A stretch of 48,065 bases of DNA from Octopus bimaculoides (GCF_001194135.2 NC_068982.1:146723696-146771760); one strand, 5' to 3'; counted from the first letter of the stretch, positions 1 through 12,226 are shown. The notes: generated from the sequence alone by a model not told the origin. Numbers and translations: made by a program.

Positions 1-343
1 ATAAGATGTACCATCCTGAGCGTGACCGTTGCCAGTACCGCCTGACTGGCCTTGTAGGGTTTTCGAGCGAGATTGTTGCCAGTGCCCCTGGACTGGCTCT
101 TGTGCGGGTGGCACATAAAAGACACCATTTCGAGCGTGGCCGTTTTCGTGCGGGTGACACGTAAAAGCACCCACTACACTCTCTGAGTGGTTGGCGTTAG
201 GAAGGGCATCCAGCTGTAGAAACTCTGCCAAATTAGATTGGAGCCTGGTGTAGCCATCCGGTTGCACCAGTCCTCAGTCAAATTGTCCAACCCATGCTAG
301 CATGGAAAGCGGACGTTAAACGATGATGATGATGAAGATGATG
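1..343 (+). mobile_element. RTE-type LINE 3'UTR repeat (family R), (GAT)n tail
   Basis: Near-identical to 5460-5745; ends ...ggacgttaaac(gat)n; internal tandem units. Confidence 0.8.
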
Positions 344-651
344 AATAAAAATAAAAAAATATAAAAAAGGGTTTTGTATGATCATGTATATAGGAATATA
401 TTATTTAAAAGAGTTCCAACTCTGTTTTTTATGTTTTATTTATATTCTTATAAAATTAATGTGGGATATAGAATATGGAATATATAATATAAATAGTAAA
501 ATGAAATGAAGTATTGAATGTCTTATTGAATATATGAAATATTGAGTATTAAATATATAAGGACTAGTATACTTTCTTGCCTCATGGCAGTCATCAAGGT
601 TCCATCTGACAGATAGATGTACTGTATATATATATATATATATATATATAT

Positions 652-815
652 GCAGGTCTTCTTGAGTACAGCAATGCACCACATATCTTTGTCCTCTGTC
701 ATCTCCCTCGTAAGGCTCAGTGTTTTTAGATTGGCTTTCAATACTTTGAAAAAGCCTGTTCCTGTCAGGTGTTCAACCCATACCAGCATGGAAAGTGGAC
801 ATTAACTGATGATGA
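652..815 (-). mobile_element. RTE ORF2 C-terminal fragment (-) joined to a family R tail (+)
   Basis: Minus frame reads KVLKANLKTLSLTREMTEDKDMWCIAVLKKT, resembling the ORF2 end at 14600-14680; + tail at about 773-815. Confidence 0.65.
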
Positions 816-829
816 TTATATTTATGGAG

Positions 830-985
830 AGAGAACAGGCTGAACCAGCACTTGGCTGGTACACACTTTCATCTGAGTAAACTGGGGCAATGTAAAATGA
901 AGTGTTTTTCTCAGGGGCACAACACAATATTCTGTCCTGGAATCATGTCTACAACTTTATGGTCATGAGTGCAACACCTTAATCC
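830..985 (-). mobile_element. Decayed tRNA-derived SINE family C
   Basis: Similar to 6990-7415 (...gtgaactggagcaatgtgaaataaagtgtcttgctcaag...). Confidence 0.6.
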
Positions 986-1343
986 CTATTCCATGTACCT
1001 TAACTTGGATTAGTGATGTGATAAGCAATATCTGAGTTTTGGTTTTGGTTTTCTCATTTCCCCAAAGGGATCAGAAGCAAGCTCTGAATCGTGCTTTTAT
1101 GCTTGGAAATCAGTGCAAGTAAATAGGGCCAAGCACCATGATTTGCTTTTCTCCTTACTCTCTCCTCACAACATAACACTTAACCATGAACAAATTGATA
1201 GAATTAACTTTTTCCAAGTTGTCACTATCGCCCAAGCTATAAAGCTCTTTTACATTACATGATATGCACTGCTTTCTGCTCCTACTACATTACCGTCTTA
1301 AATGTGTTGCTTTTCATTAAACATGTACGTTTTCCAATTTTAG

Positions 1344-1417
1344 ACATAACTTGTGATATCAAGGGAAGCCTTTCCACTGATTTACAGTTGTCAGAGTTGG
1401 CTAAGAAGTGTATGAAG
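1344..1417 (+). CDS. Internal exon of uncharacterised spliced gene ((D)ITCDIKGSLSTDLQLSELAKKCMK)
   Basis: Acceptor tttccaattttag| and donor aag|gtatgt; open frame; phase 1 to 0, matching the next exon. Confidence 0.7.
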
Positions 1418-1808
1418 GTATGTGAAACAGCTTCATATTAAAACCATCTATAATTTATGTTATTTAACTTTAACATTTGTCCTTAATATTTAATGCTTTG
1501 TTGCCTTGTTCAGTATTATTGTGTTATGATTGAGGTGAGTATTCAAAGTTTCTAGCTGTGTCAGTCTTACCTTTATTATTGGCATTTTGTCATAAAGTTA
1601 TTTAATTCCGTGTGGTTGGAGTGATTTCAGTCTCATATATGATTGTGATGTTGCATGCCTTATCTGATGAGCATTCATCTTTCTTTCTACATGGACCCAA
1701 CATGAGAGCGTTTTACATAACACCAGCACCTGTAAAACAAATATTACTCAGCTTTGAGAGGGAGTGGGGCATATTATGTATGTGTGTGTATATATGTATA
1801 TGCATACA

Positions 1809-1849
<41 letters not shown>

Positions 1850-2895
1850 NNNNNNNNNNNNNNNNNNNNNNNNNNNNNNNNNNNNNNNNNNNNNNNNNNN
1901 NNNNNNNNNNNNNNNNNNNNNNNNNNNNNNNNNNNNNNNNNNNNNNNNNNNNNNNNNNNNNNNNNNNNNNNNNNNNNNNNNNNNNNNNNNNNNNNNNNNN
2001 NNNNNNNNNNNNNNNNNNNNNNNNNNNNNNNNNNNNNNNNNNNNNNNNNNNNNNNNNNNNNNNNNNNNNNNNNNNNNNNNNNNNNNNNNNNNNNNNNNNN
2101 NNNNNNNNNNNNNNNNNNNNNNNNNNNNNNNNNNNNNNNNNNNNNNNNNNNNNNNNNNNNNNNNNNNNNNNNNNNNNNNNNNNNNNNNNNNNNNNNNNNN
2201 NNNNNNNNNNNNNNNNNNNNNNNNNNNNNNNNNNNNNNNNNNNNNNNNNNNNNNNNNNNNNNNNNNNNNNNNNNNNNNNNNNNNNNNNNNNNNNNNNNNN
2301 NNNNNNNNNNNNNNNNNNNNNNNNNNNNNNNNNNNNNNNNNNNNNNNNNNNNNNNNNNNNNNNNNNNNNNNNNNNNNNNNNNNNNNNNNNNNNNNNNNNN
2401 NNNNNNNNNNNNNNNNNNNNNNNNNNNNNNNNNNNNNNNNNNNNNNNNNNNNNNNNNNNNNNNNNNNNNNNNNNNNNNNNNNNNNNNNNNNNNNNNNNNN
2501 NNNNNNNNNNNNNNNNNNNNNNNNNNNNNNNNNNNNNNNNNNNNNNNNNNNNNNNNNNNNNNNNNNNNNNNNNNNNNNNNNNNNNNNNNNNNNNNNNNNN
2601 NNNNNNNNNNNNNNNNNNNNNNNNNNNNNNNNNNNNNNNNNNNNNNNNNNNNNNNNNNNNNNNNNNNNNNNNNNNNNNNNNNNNNNNNNNATACACGTGT
2701 GCGTGTCCCCATATACACACATGTATCCATCTACATATACACACATGTATAAATAGAAATATATTCATGCACATACACATAGCTATACATCTACGCCTAT
2801 TACCTAATTAAATAAACAGATTCGTATATACATATACATACATGAATACATACGCAAACACACGTATGCACATACATACATACATACATACATAC

Positions 2896-2973
2896 CTGAT
2901 GAGAAGGTTACAATTTTAATATCAAAGATCCCTATGGATCACACAGGTTGTAATCCTTTGAAACATATGTAGG
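2896..2973 (+). ncRNA. Hammerhead-ribozyme-like motif (minimal type I, stem I mostly lost)
   Basis: CTGATGA 2896-2902; stem II gaaggttacaa/ttgtaatccttt; GAAAC-ATAT-GTA 2960-2971 with palindrome ACATATGT. Confidence 0.55.
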
Positions 2974-3083
2974 AATAAAGTATGCAATTATAACATGCGT
3001 TTTCTCCAATCCTTAAATTCTTATATATATATATATATATATGTGAGTACGTTTATATATGTATTCTAATTTTGTTCTTTCAG

Positions 3084-3147
3084 CATGCTTTTAATATTCT
3101 TAAAAATGAAATACCTACCTTGGAAAATTCAAATATCTGTGATGAAG
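3084..3147 (+). CDS. Internal exon (HAFNILKNEIPTLENSNICDE)
   Basis: tttgttctttcag| and gaag|gtaatt; phase 0 to 1. Confidence 0.75.
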
Positions 3148-3404
3148 GTAATTTATTATTATTATTATTATTATAATCATCATCATCGTCGTCGTCGTCA
3201 TCATCATCATCATGTGAAATTGGTTGAATGATATTTCGGCATCTGGCGTGCCTTCCACTGACATGTAATATTTGAATCTGTAGGACGCTAGATGCCGAAA
3301 TATCATTCAACCAATATCACATGATAACTATGGGACTCTTCTATTTTTTTTTTATTTTTGTATAACTTCTGGAGGAGTTACCTCAGTCCTATATAATCTT
3401 AACT

Positions 3405-3883
3405 TATTGGCCGATGACAGTACCACCTGATTGTCACTCGTGCCAGTGGAACATTAAAAAAGCACATCCGAGCATGATCGTTGCCAGGGCCACGGATTGG
3501 CTCCCATGCTGGTGACATGTGAAAAGCACTGTTCGAGCGTGATTGTTGCCAGCATTGCCCTACCGGCACATGTACTGGTGGCACTTGAAAAACAACATTC
3601 GAGCATGGTTGTTGCCAGTGCCGCCAGACTGGCTCCCGTGCAGGTAGCATGTAAAAACACTTTTTGAGCATGCTCATTGCCAGAACTGCCTGACTGGCCC
3701 TCATGCTGGTAGCATGTAAAAGCACCCACTACACTCTCGAAGTGGTTGGCGTTAGGAAGGGCATCCAGCTGTAGAAACTTTGCCAGATCAGATTGAGCCT
3801 GGTGCAGCCTCTGGCTCGCCAGTCCTCAGTCAAACCATGCAACCCATGCCAGCATGGAAAGCGGACGTTAAACGTTGATGAAG
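3405..3883 (+). mobile_element. Family R RTE 3'UTR copy with about five ~65-bp tandem units
   Basis: ttgccag recurs near 3481, 3546, 3612 and 3677, followed by the shared 3' tail. Confidence 0.8.
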
Positions 3884-3885
3884 AT

Positions 3886-4505
3886 TATTATTATTATAGA
3901 CGTCACATAGTATGCAATATCGTGAGCTTGTTGATTGAAGATATTGTGTCTACCAGGGGTTTGTACTGTTTGTCAAGTCACAACAAGGACCTCAGACAGA
4001 CATTACTTTATGCCATATGCATGCAGTTCCAAGCAATGCCGACTTTTGCAATACATCTAGATTGTAGGATATCTCTAAGGTTTTCAGATTTTTTTTCAGA
4101 TTGGGTGTTGAAGCCAATGCTCCGATGACAATAGGGATAACCTTTATGTTCGACTCTTGTAGCTGCCACATCTTAGCGATCTCAATTCTCAGGTCTCCAT
4201 ATTTATTAACCTTTTCTCTTTCTATCATGATGTGTTGATCTCCTGGCACTGCTACGTCAATTATTAGGTACTCTTGTTTATCCCTCCTAAAAATTACTAT
4301 ATCCAGCATTCAGTGCTCTAACACTTTGTCTGTCTGGAAATCAAAGTCCCAGAAGATTTTTGCCTTCCCCTTTTCATCCATTACCTTTTCCAGTGTATGT
4401 TAGTACCAAGCACCTGTAATCTCATATCCATACTTACAGCGTAGTAGCCAGTGGAGGTTTTGGGCTACTTTGTTGTGTCTACGCTTGTACTCTTTCTTCG
4501 CAAGA
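3886..4505 (-). mobile_element. 5'-truncated R4/Dong-like non-LTR retrotransposon, restriction-like endonuclease (RLE) region
   Basis: Minus reading YKRRHNKVAQNLHW..KIFWDFDFQTDK..DIVI..LIIDVAVPGD..KVNKYGDL..IPIVIGAL..LQKSALLGTA; in-frame stops; (TAA)n at both ends. Confidence 0.85.
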
Positions 4506-4524
4506 CATTGTTATTATTATTATT

Positions 4525-4835
4525 ATTGCCTTTGCACAGCTTCTAACGCTGGAGATGTACTACAGTGTCAGCTGTTCACTACCAGTGAACTAAGGTAACA
4601 CCTCTTATTTTTTCCAGAGTATTCGAGTGGTTCCTGTTTTCTGTAAGTGCTCCACCCTTATTGCAGCCCCTATTTGTTCCATGTACTTCTCGAGATTTTT
4701 GCTCACTGTTGCCAGGGCTCCGACAGTTATTGGTACTACTGCTACCTTTTTCATCGACCCCCAACTGCTTAACTTCCCAAGTTAACCTGTCATATCTCTC
4801 GACTTTTCTTTCTTCCTTATCACATACCTTGTTGT
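4525..4835 (-). mobile_element. Second, distinct R4/Dong-like 3' fragment
   Basis: KVERYDRLTWEVKQL/SMKKVAVVPITVGALATVSKNLEKY..VEHLQKT..GTTRIL with one frameshift; ends in (TAA)n. Confidence 0.75.
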
Positions 4836-4914
4836 TAGCTGGGCATGCTATATCTATGATTCAGCATTATTATTATTGTTGTTGTTGTTGTTATAGTTGT
4901 TATTGTTAATAAAA

Positions 4915-5135
4915 TAGCCAGCTGGCAGAATCATTAGCATGCTGGATAAAATGCTTAGTGGCAGTTTGTATGTATTCTGAGTTCAAATTGCACCTTGGTC
5001 AGTTTTACCTTTTGTCCTCTTGGCGTTAATGAAATAAGGGTCGGTTGAGCACTGGGATTGGTATGATCGACTTACCCCCACCCTTAAAATTACTGGCTTT
5101 GTACCAAAATTTGAAATCATTGTTATTATTATCAA
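4915..5135 (+). mobile_element. tRNA-derived SINE family B (central domain resembling MESC/Meta type)
   Basis: gctggcagaatcattagc..ctgagttcaaatt..; similar to 34703-34945. Confidence 0.7.
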
Positions 5136-5459
5136 TTTTCAAAATATTAAATTTCAGAGCCTGTTTGGGTGTTTTGTAAATTTTGTGAAAATAGTCTGTT
5201 CTGTCAAAGAAATGGTTCATCTGGTATTCTTTCTTGTGTGTGTCTGTGTTTGTTTATTTTTATGCTTTTCCAAAAATCACTGAGCTAGAAGCAGTGATAT
5301 TGATGTCATTTCCCCTGTCTACAAATCATTCAATGACTTTTGCTCCCTTAAAGACATGTGGTGTGAGAGATCTCTTGAACTATAGGTGGAAATCAACAAC
5401 TGGAGGGGGTTTCCAGTTCTAAAACAATGTTTTGATAATAAGGACTTTTGAGTGAGATC

Positions 5460-5745
5460 GTTGGTAGTGCCCCTGGACTGACTCTTGTGCAGGTGGCACA
5501 TAAAATACACCATTTTGAGCGTGGCCATTGCCAGTACCGCCTGACTGGCCTTTGTGCCGGTGGCACGTAAAAGCACCCACTACACTCTCGGAGTGGTTGG
5601 CGTTAAGAAGGGCATCCAGCTGTAGAAACTCTGCCAAATCAGATTGGAGCCTGGTGTAGCCATCTGGTTTCACCAGTCCTCAGTCAAATCGTCCAACCCA
5701 TGCTAGCATGGAAAGCAGACATTAAACGATGATGATGATGATGAT
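5460..5745 (+). mobile_element. Family R RTE 3'UTR copy
   Basis: Highly similar to 1-343; (GAT)n tail. Confidence 0.8.
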
Positions 5746-6754
5746 TTATGACAGTCAGGTATAATTTGCTGTTTCTGGCAAGCCGATTAACAAGCTACCT
5801 TGGTTGTGGTTAGCACATACCAGCTCCTTCTTTTGGCAATTGTTGTTAGTTATTGTTTATTATTATTGTTGTTGTTGTTTTTTTTGTTATACATTTATTT
5901 TTTTCTATTTCTACTGATAATGACAACTCTTCATTTTCCTACTATCGCTAAAAAAAAAAGAAAAAAAATACCTGGTATTGTAACTGTATTATATGATCTA
6001 CTTAATATATAGTGGTCAGTTTTATGCAGAAACGGTATATACCACACCAAATATTTTTACAGCATTCAATACAATGTTTATGTTCAAAATGTAACTTCTT
6101 TGATTCTGAATTCAGTTAAGTACACTGAAACTGCAGTAGTTTAATGTTTTGCCTAAAGGTAAAACATTCTTATAATGGGACACAAAATGCAGCATTCTAA
6201 ATTATCCAGCAACTAATGTTATATTCATTCGCTCGGTTTGTTACCCTACTACTATATACATACCATGTTATTTTTATAGATGTAGCCATAACATTATTTT
6301 TCCTTCACTGTTATATCTATTATGAGGTTCCTGATAGCTGTCAATGAATACTATTTTTCTGTATATATTATAGCTTACAGCTCTCTGTTCCTTTTCTTTT
6401 TAAATATTTTTATGTGGTACTGTCCATTAAGTACTGTATTGTTAAATATATCTGGAAATGTATACTGTATAAATACACACACATACACACACACACATAT
6501 ATATGATTTTATGTGTGTGTGTGTGTATATATATATACACACACACACACACATATATACACACACATATATATACACACACACGTATATTCACACATAC
6601 ATATCTATAAATGGCTCACTCTCTCTTTCTATTTCTCTCCATATATGTATGTATATTGATGGATAGATAAATAGGTAGATACACATGTATATATGCATGC
6701 ACACACACACCACCACACAAAGCCAGAGAGAGAGAGAGGAAGAGAGACTGAGAT

Positions 6755-6965
6755 GCAGGCATGGCTATGTGGTTAAGAAGTTTTGCTGTCACATAGTTTC
6801 ATGTTCAGTCCCACTGCACGACATTTTGGACAGGTGTTTTTACTATAGCCTCAGTTTGACTACAACCTTGTGAGTGGATCTATCAAACGGAAACTGAAAG
6901 AAGCTCATTGTATTTATGCATATTTGTGTTTCCTTATCTTGATTCTGCATGTTAAGTGTAAATAA
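6755..6965 (+). mobile_element. tRNA-derived SINE family A (CORE-like), decayed
   Basis: gcaggcatggctatgtggttaagaag..gttcagtcccactgc..ggaaactgaaagaagc. Confidence 0.7.
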
Positions 6966-6989
6966 AGATTACCATTGTACAAACAGTGT

Positions 6990-7415
6990 TATTCATTTGC
7001 AATCTTCCACAAAAAAATGTCTGGCCATTACACTGCTTGTATTTGAAAGACCATAAGGAATATTATCTTCCTTGGAAACAGGTATGGTTTGGGAAGGTAA
7101 AAGGCCATGGGATTGCACCTAGAAAGTTCCCCTCTGAGGCACAAGTCCAGGCAAGATTGTTTATGAAAGACCAGCAGTTGCCATACATACAAGCCTCCCC
7201 TCTCCACACCACTGATGTTATCCAAAGGAAAGGTCTAGGCTAATACAGCTTGGCACCAGTGGCGTTGCAACTCATTTCTACAGATGAGTGAACTGGAGCA
7301 ATGTGAAATAAAGTGTCTTGCTCAAGAATACAACACACAACCTGGTCTGGGAATTGAACTCACTACCTCATGAATGTGAACCCGACATGCTAACCATTGA
7401 GCTATGCGCCTTCAC
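6990..7415 (-). mobile_element. tRNA-derived SINE family C, near full length
   Basis: Minus head gtgaaggcgcatagctcaatggttagc.. with A and B boxes, then ttcttgagcaagacactttatttcac. Confidence 0.7.
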
Positions 7416-7944
7416 AACAACCCTCTAAATTTTGCTTCATTGAACTTTGACCTGTCCAAGCATGGAAACATGAGCATTAAAATGATTATTTTTCATTTCA
7501 ACCAGGATATTAGATATCTTTATACCTCACTGATTACAATACACTTTCATTCTTCCCCTGAGTGTGGCCTTTTTTTCCATTTAAGCCTTAATCGTTTGAC
7601 TATGTTGTCTTCTTCTTGTCTTGGAAGTCTTCTGAGCATTCTCTTCTCATTTTTCAGATGCCACTCAACAAATGCACAGGTTCACCTGTTGTCTATGAGC
7701 CTTGTGACATGTCTGTCCCAGCAAAACTTGTGCAAATTTTGTCCTGTATTTATCTCATGTGTTTATGTGCTTTTTGCTCGTTGGTGTTGTCTTGTACTTA
7801 ATTTGTATTTTTTATATACACACACACCGTACAGAAACAAAATGTACTTACTTTTTTGCTTCATTATGTTAATCTGTTATTGCATGCCTACTACCCTTGT
7901 TAGCTTTCATTTCATCCTATTTTGTTTTACTTGTCACATTTTAG

Positions 7945-8020
7945 TTGAAGCTGCTCTTCTTAAGAAGATCAATGCAATGACAGAAGAAAATGTCTTCCAC
8001 AAACTTTATCACAAGGAGCG
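7945..8020 (+). CDS. Internal exon ((V)EAALLKKINAMTEENVFHKLYHKE(R))
   Basis: cacattttag| and gagcg|gtacga; phase 1 to 2, compatible with flanking exons. Confidence 0.75.
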
Positions 8021-10884
8021 GTACGATTCTTTCTTTTCTGGCCTTTGCGATTGTAGATCTATTTTTTCTATCTCTTTACAGTAACTCAATGACAAATCTG
8101 TAGGAGAACAAAATGGCTATAAAAGAGAATAAATTAATTTATTCATTTATCTTGTCTGCTTCCAGTGAACATCTTTATTACATTTCAGTGTGTCTCTTAG
8201 TCTAACCAAAATGTTTATTAATTTATTTCAGCTGTTCATTGAATCCCTTAAGTAAACAACTTGATTCTACAATTAACGAATACAAGTCCCATATTAACAC
8301 GTAAGTGACCTGATTTGTTACAATGCTTTCTGTTATTATTTTCTGGAAAATCAAAGAGATTTACCCCCTCATGGTTACCAGTGCAAAACTCCTTAATTAA
8401 GTGCTAAGTCTAAGACGAGGTTGTAGAAACTGATTCTAAATTCTCACTCTTCAGACCAAATACAAATACTCCTTGACTTTCCATAATTGTATTATGTAAT
8501 GCATATATATTTGCAATAAATTGGATACATTATCAGCAAAAGTTTAGCAAGTAAATTTCTTGCTGTAAAACATCAGGTTTTGCTGATGACTCTGCAATTT
8601 CAATTTTTTAGTGATAATTACTTGGCACTTCATTGACTACAGACATAAAAGTAGATATGCAAAAATCAGTGAATACAATCAAAGTGATGTTTATTAGAGA
8701 CCTGGACCCCAACAATTATATATGCCATCTTAGGAGCTCAACAATTGCAACATTGTCTGTTATAATATTGATGCCTAGACAGAAATCTTAGTGGAAGAGT
8801 TCAACACTAAACAATGATTTTTTTTTTATGATTGAACTTTTGAGTTCAGTTTTCAAGAAAGAATAAATGATAACCAACTGATTGTAAGAGTGCAGAGTTA
8901 CTCAGCTGACAGTATTTTATATTCAAGAAGACCAATATCACTGGTTACTTCTTTGAGTTATAAAAATTCAAACTATAGAGCCTTGTCATGTTGAAGTAGC
9001 TTTGTAGAAAACATACATTTCACAAGTTTAGTAATATTAGATTTAATGAAATTTCTCACTTTGCTTTGGGTGGGGATCAATGGAAAAAACATACTAGCCA
9101 TTCTTGAGTGCACAAGATTGCTTACATTGTGAACAAGCTCTTCAAGAAATGAAGATGTCAAAGAAGCAGTGTTATATTTTGTTTTGTCATCGTTTGTTAT
9201 TCACGTTTCTTTATTTATTATTTTTATGGCTTAGTCAGAAGGTAGGGCTCATGACTTTCACATGATTGATACAGTTGATGTTCATCTTGAGCTACTGTNN
9301 NNNNNNNNNNNNNNNNNNNNNNNNNNNNNNNNNNNNNNNNNNNNNNNNNNNNNNNNNNNNNNNNNNNNNNNNNNNNNNNNNNNNNNNNNNNNNNNNNNNN
9401 NNNNNNNNNNNNNNNNNNNNNNNNNNNNNNNNNNNNNNNNNNNNNNNNNNNNNNNNNNNNNNNNNNNNNNNNNNNNNNNNNNNNNNNNNNNNNNNNNNNN
9501 NNNNNNNNNNNNNNNNNNNNNNNNNNNNNNNNNNNNNNNNNNNNNNNNNNNNNNNNNNNNNNNNNNNNNNNNNNNNNNNNNNNNNNNNNNNNNNNNNNNN
9601 NNNNNNNNNNNNNNNNNNNNNNNNNNNNNNNNNNNNNNNNNNNNNNNNNNNNNNNNNNNNNNNNNNNNNNNNNNNNNNNNNNNNNNNNNNNNNNNNNNNN
9701 NNNNNNNNNNNNNNNNNNNNNNNNNNNNNNNNNNNNNNNNNNNNNNNNNNNNNNNNNNNNNNNNNNNNNNNNNNNNNNNNNNNNNNNNNNNNNNNNNNNN
9801 NNNNNNNNNNNNNNNNNNNNNNNNNNNNNNNNNNNNNNNNNNNNNNNNNNNNNNNNNNNNNNNNNNNNNNNNNNNNNNNNNNNNNNNNNNNNNNNNNNNN
9901 NNNNNNNNNNNNNNNNNNNNNNNNNNNNNNNNNNNNNNNNNNNNNNNNNNNNNNNNNNNNNNNNNNNNNNNNNNNNNNNNNNNNNNNNNNNNNNNNNNNN
10001 NNNNNNNNNNNNNNNNNNNNNNNNNNNNNNNNNNNNNNNNNNNNNNNNNNNNNNNNNNNNNNNNNNNNNNNNNNNNNTCCTTATTAGCAGTGCACAAGGA
10101 AAAACATGCCAGAGGTTTTTCTTTCATTGTTCATGTAATCTTCAACCTCTATATGTTTAGAGGTGATTTGGGGAGTGGAAGGGGATCATGATGGTAGTGG
10201 TGACTGTAATGATGTTGTAGTAGCAGTGGTTGATATTTATGGACCTTTTTTTTCTTCTTTTTAAGTGTAGAGGAAGAATCAAGATGTTGGGATGAGCTGA
10301 AACACAAAACCAGAAAGATGGTTACTGATGCTGAGCTGTAAGTTACACGATTTATTGTTTGTATTGGTGTATAGTTCCTAAGTTCAACTATGATCAAAAC
10401 TATCCCAGTTATTACTACATGGTTGTTATTGGTTTTTTTTTTTTTGTGCCATGAACCCAAGACCACAATATTATTCATGATGGACCAGATTTCTGTCCAG
10501 GGGAAGATTGTTTTACATCCTCTCAAGCTTTTCAACATCAATTGACCTTGCACTTCCACCAGTTTTGATATAAACCCCACCATATTTAAGACTTTTCGTC
10601 TTTATTTTGTCTAAGACCCTTTTTGGTCTTAGCTAAAATAAAAATCAACTTAATAACAAAAATTAGTTATTCAATTAAATGTTTCCAAAGATTATTTTCA
10701 CAATTAATTGTTGCAGCATGTAGGCCGTGTTCTTTGATGGAATTATAGTCATGAATTACTTAATACTCTGAAATTGAAACAAAGCACTGCTTCTGGCTAT
10801 TAAAAGACCCTCGCAACTTTGGGAATATTTACATTTACATCTTTATTTTACTTGTATCACTAACACTTTTAAGAAATACATTTG

Positions 10885-11190
10885 CTCCCCAACCACATGA
10901 CCCTGGGTTCAATCCCACCATATGACATCTTGTGCAAGTGTCTTCTACTATAATCCTGGGCCAACCTAAGCATTGTGAATGAATTTGGTTAAAGGAAACT
11001 GAAAGAAGCTTGTCTGTTTATATATATCATCATTATTGTTTAACGTCCACTTTCCATACTGGCATGGATTTGACGTTTTGACTGAGGACTGGCAAGCCAG
11101 GAGACTGCACCAGGCTCCAGTCTATCCTGGCAAGGTTTAGCTGGATGCCCTTCCTAACGCCAACCACCCCAAGAGTGTAGTGGGTGCTCA
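10885..11190. mobile_element. SINE A fragment (+) abutting a family R tail (-)
   Basis: 10885-11025 matches SINE A; 11028-11190 is the reverse complement of the family R 3' end. Confidence 0.7.
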
Positions 11191-11287
11191 TTTAGACGCT
11201 TTCAAAAGCAAACAAAAGTTTGTTTGCTATATGTTGTTGTATATGACAGAATTATTTTATTTATTCACTTATTTATTTTTCAATCAG

Positions 11288-11432
11288 ACGAGATGTCATA
11301 AAGTTGAAGAATTATAAAGATCTACCTGAAGCAGTTTTGGAAACCTCTGAAAATTATCTTCCTGCAGTTGAATTTGAACGAAAGAAAATTCAAGAGACCA
11401 TCAATCAATCTCTCAAAACAGCCGATATTAGT
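11288..11432 (+). CDS. Internal exon (RDVIKLKNYKDLPEAVLETSENYLPAVEFERKKIQETINQSLKTADIS)
   Basis: tttttcaatcag| and agt|gtaagt; phase 2 to 0; 145 nt open. Confidence 0.85.
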
Positions 11433-11676
11433 GTAAGTGACAAATTTGTTTTCCCTCTTGAAGAGCACAAGATTGGGTTCAGACACAACTATGTGGTTAA
11501 GACGTTTGCTCTATAATCATATGATTCCAAGTTGTGTCCTACTGTGCAGCTTGGTGCTATAGTAGATGACACTTGCCCAAGGTGCCTTGCAGTCATCCAA
11601 AACCCATGTACCTGCAAAGTGAACTTCTTGGTTGTGTAGCTATGCTTGTGTTTACATAGTTTTGATTTATATTCTT

Positions 11677-11903
11677 TTAACCCTTTGTCATTTAAACTGG
11701 CCATATCCTGTCCAAATATGCCTCCTGTTTTATGTTCGAACTGGCCAGTCCTAGCCTCTCACACCTATCCTACAATGTCATTCTAAAAAAAGGCAATAAT
11801 AACATTGAAATTTCAAAGCTATGAGAATACATGATTAATTCAAAACAGTATGAATAAATAAGCTTTACATTTAGCAGAGTAATTTGAACGCTAAAAGAGT
11901 AAA
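11677..11903. mobile_element. piggyBac-like MITE, decayed
   Basis: Starts TTAA-CCCTTTGTCATTTAAA; degenerate inverted end ttgaacgctaaaagagtaaa. Confidence 0.5.
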
Positions 11904-12000
11904 CCTGATGCCAAACATATTGGTAGTGGAAGCATTGTTGTTATCGTTGGGTTTTTTTATGCTGTATTTTTTACAAATATGTTTGGTTTCCTCTTTTCAG

Positions 12001-12094
12001 GTGAATTATTTACAAACTGTCAGCAGTATTCTTCAAGAATCAGCTAAAACTGTTCATTCTCAAGCAGAAGCCCTACAATTATTATATGCAAAAA
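12001..12094 (+). CDS. Internal exon (VNYLQTVSSILQESAKTVHSQAEALQLLYAK)
   Basis: tttcctcttttcag| and aaaa|gttagt; phase 0 to 1; other two frames stopped. Confidence 0.8.
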
Positions 12095-12226
12095 GTTAGT
12101 GATATAATTTTTCTTAGACTTCACTGTCATTGTCACTTGTTATTGTTGTTTAATCTCCTGCTAAAACCGACCAAGCAGATATATGATCTAAAATATTCTA
12201 ATAGTCACCACCCAGTCTTTAAAAAG

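Noticed and set aside
657-712. Plus-strand exon candidate GLLEYSNAPHIFVLCHLP
   Set aside because: Better explained as the antisense of an RTE ORF2 fragment.
1612-2811. Long ORFs here and over other N runs (9262-10191, 15245-15732, 35027-35533, 37947-38576 etc.)
   Set aside because: They are open only because N codons have no stops.
3405-3725. CRISPR-like array
   Set aside because: Units are similar along their whole length with no unique spacers; eukaryotic context, no cas genes.
7404-8084. 226-aa ORF as a single-exon gene
   Set aside because: Composition is intron-like except for 7945-8020, which has splice sites and fits the exon chain.
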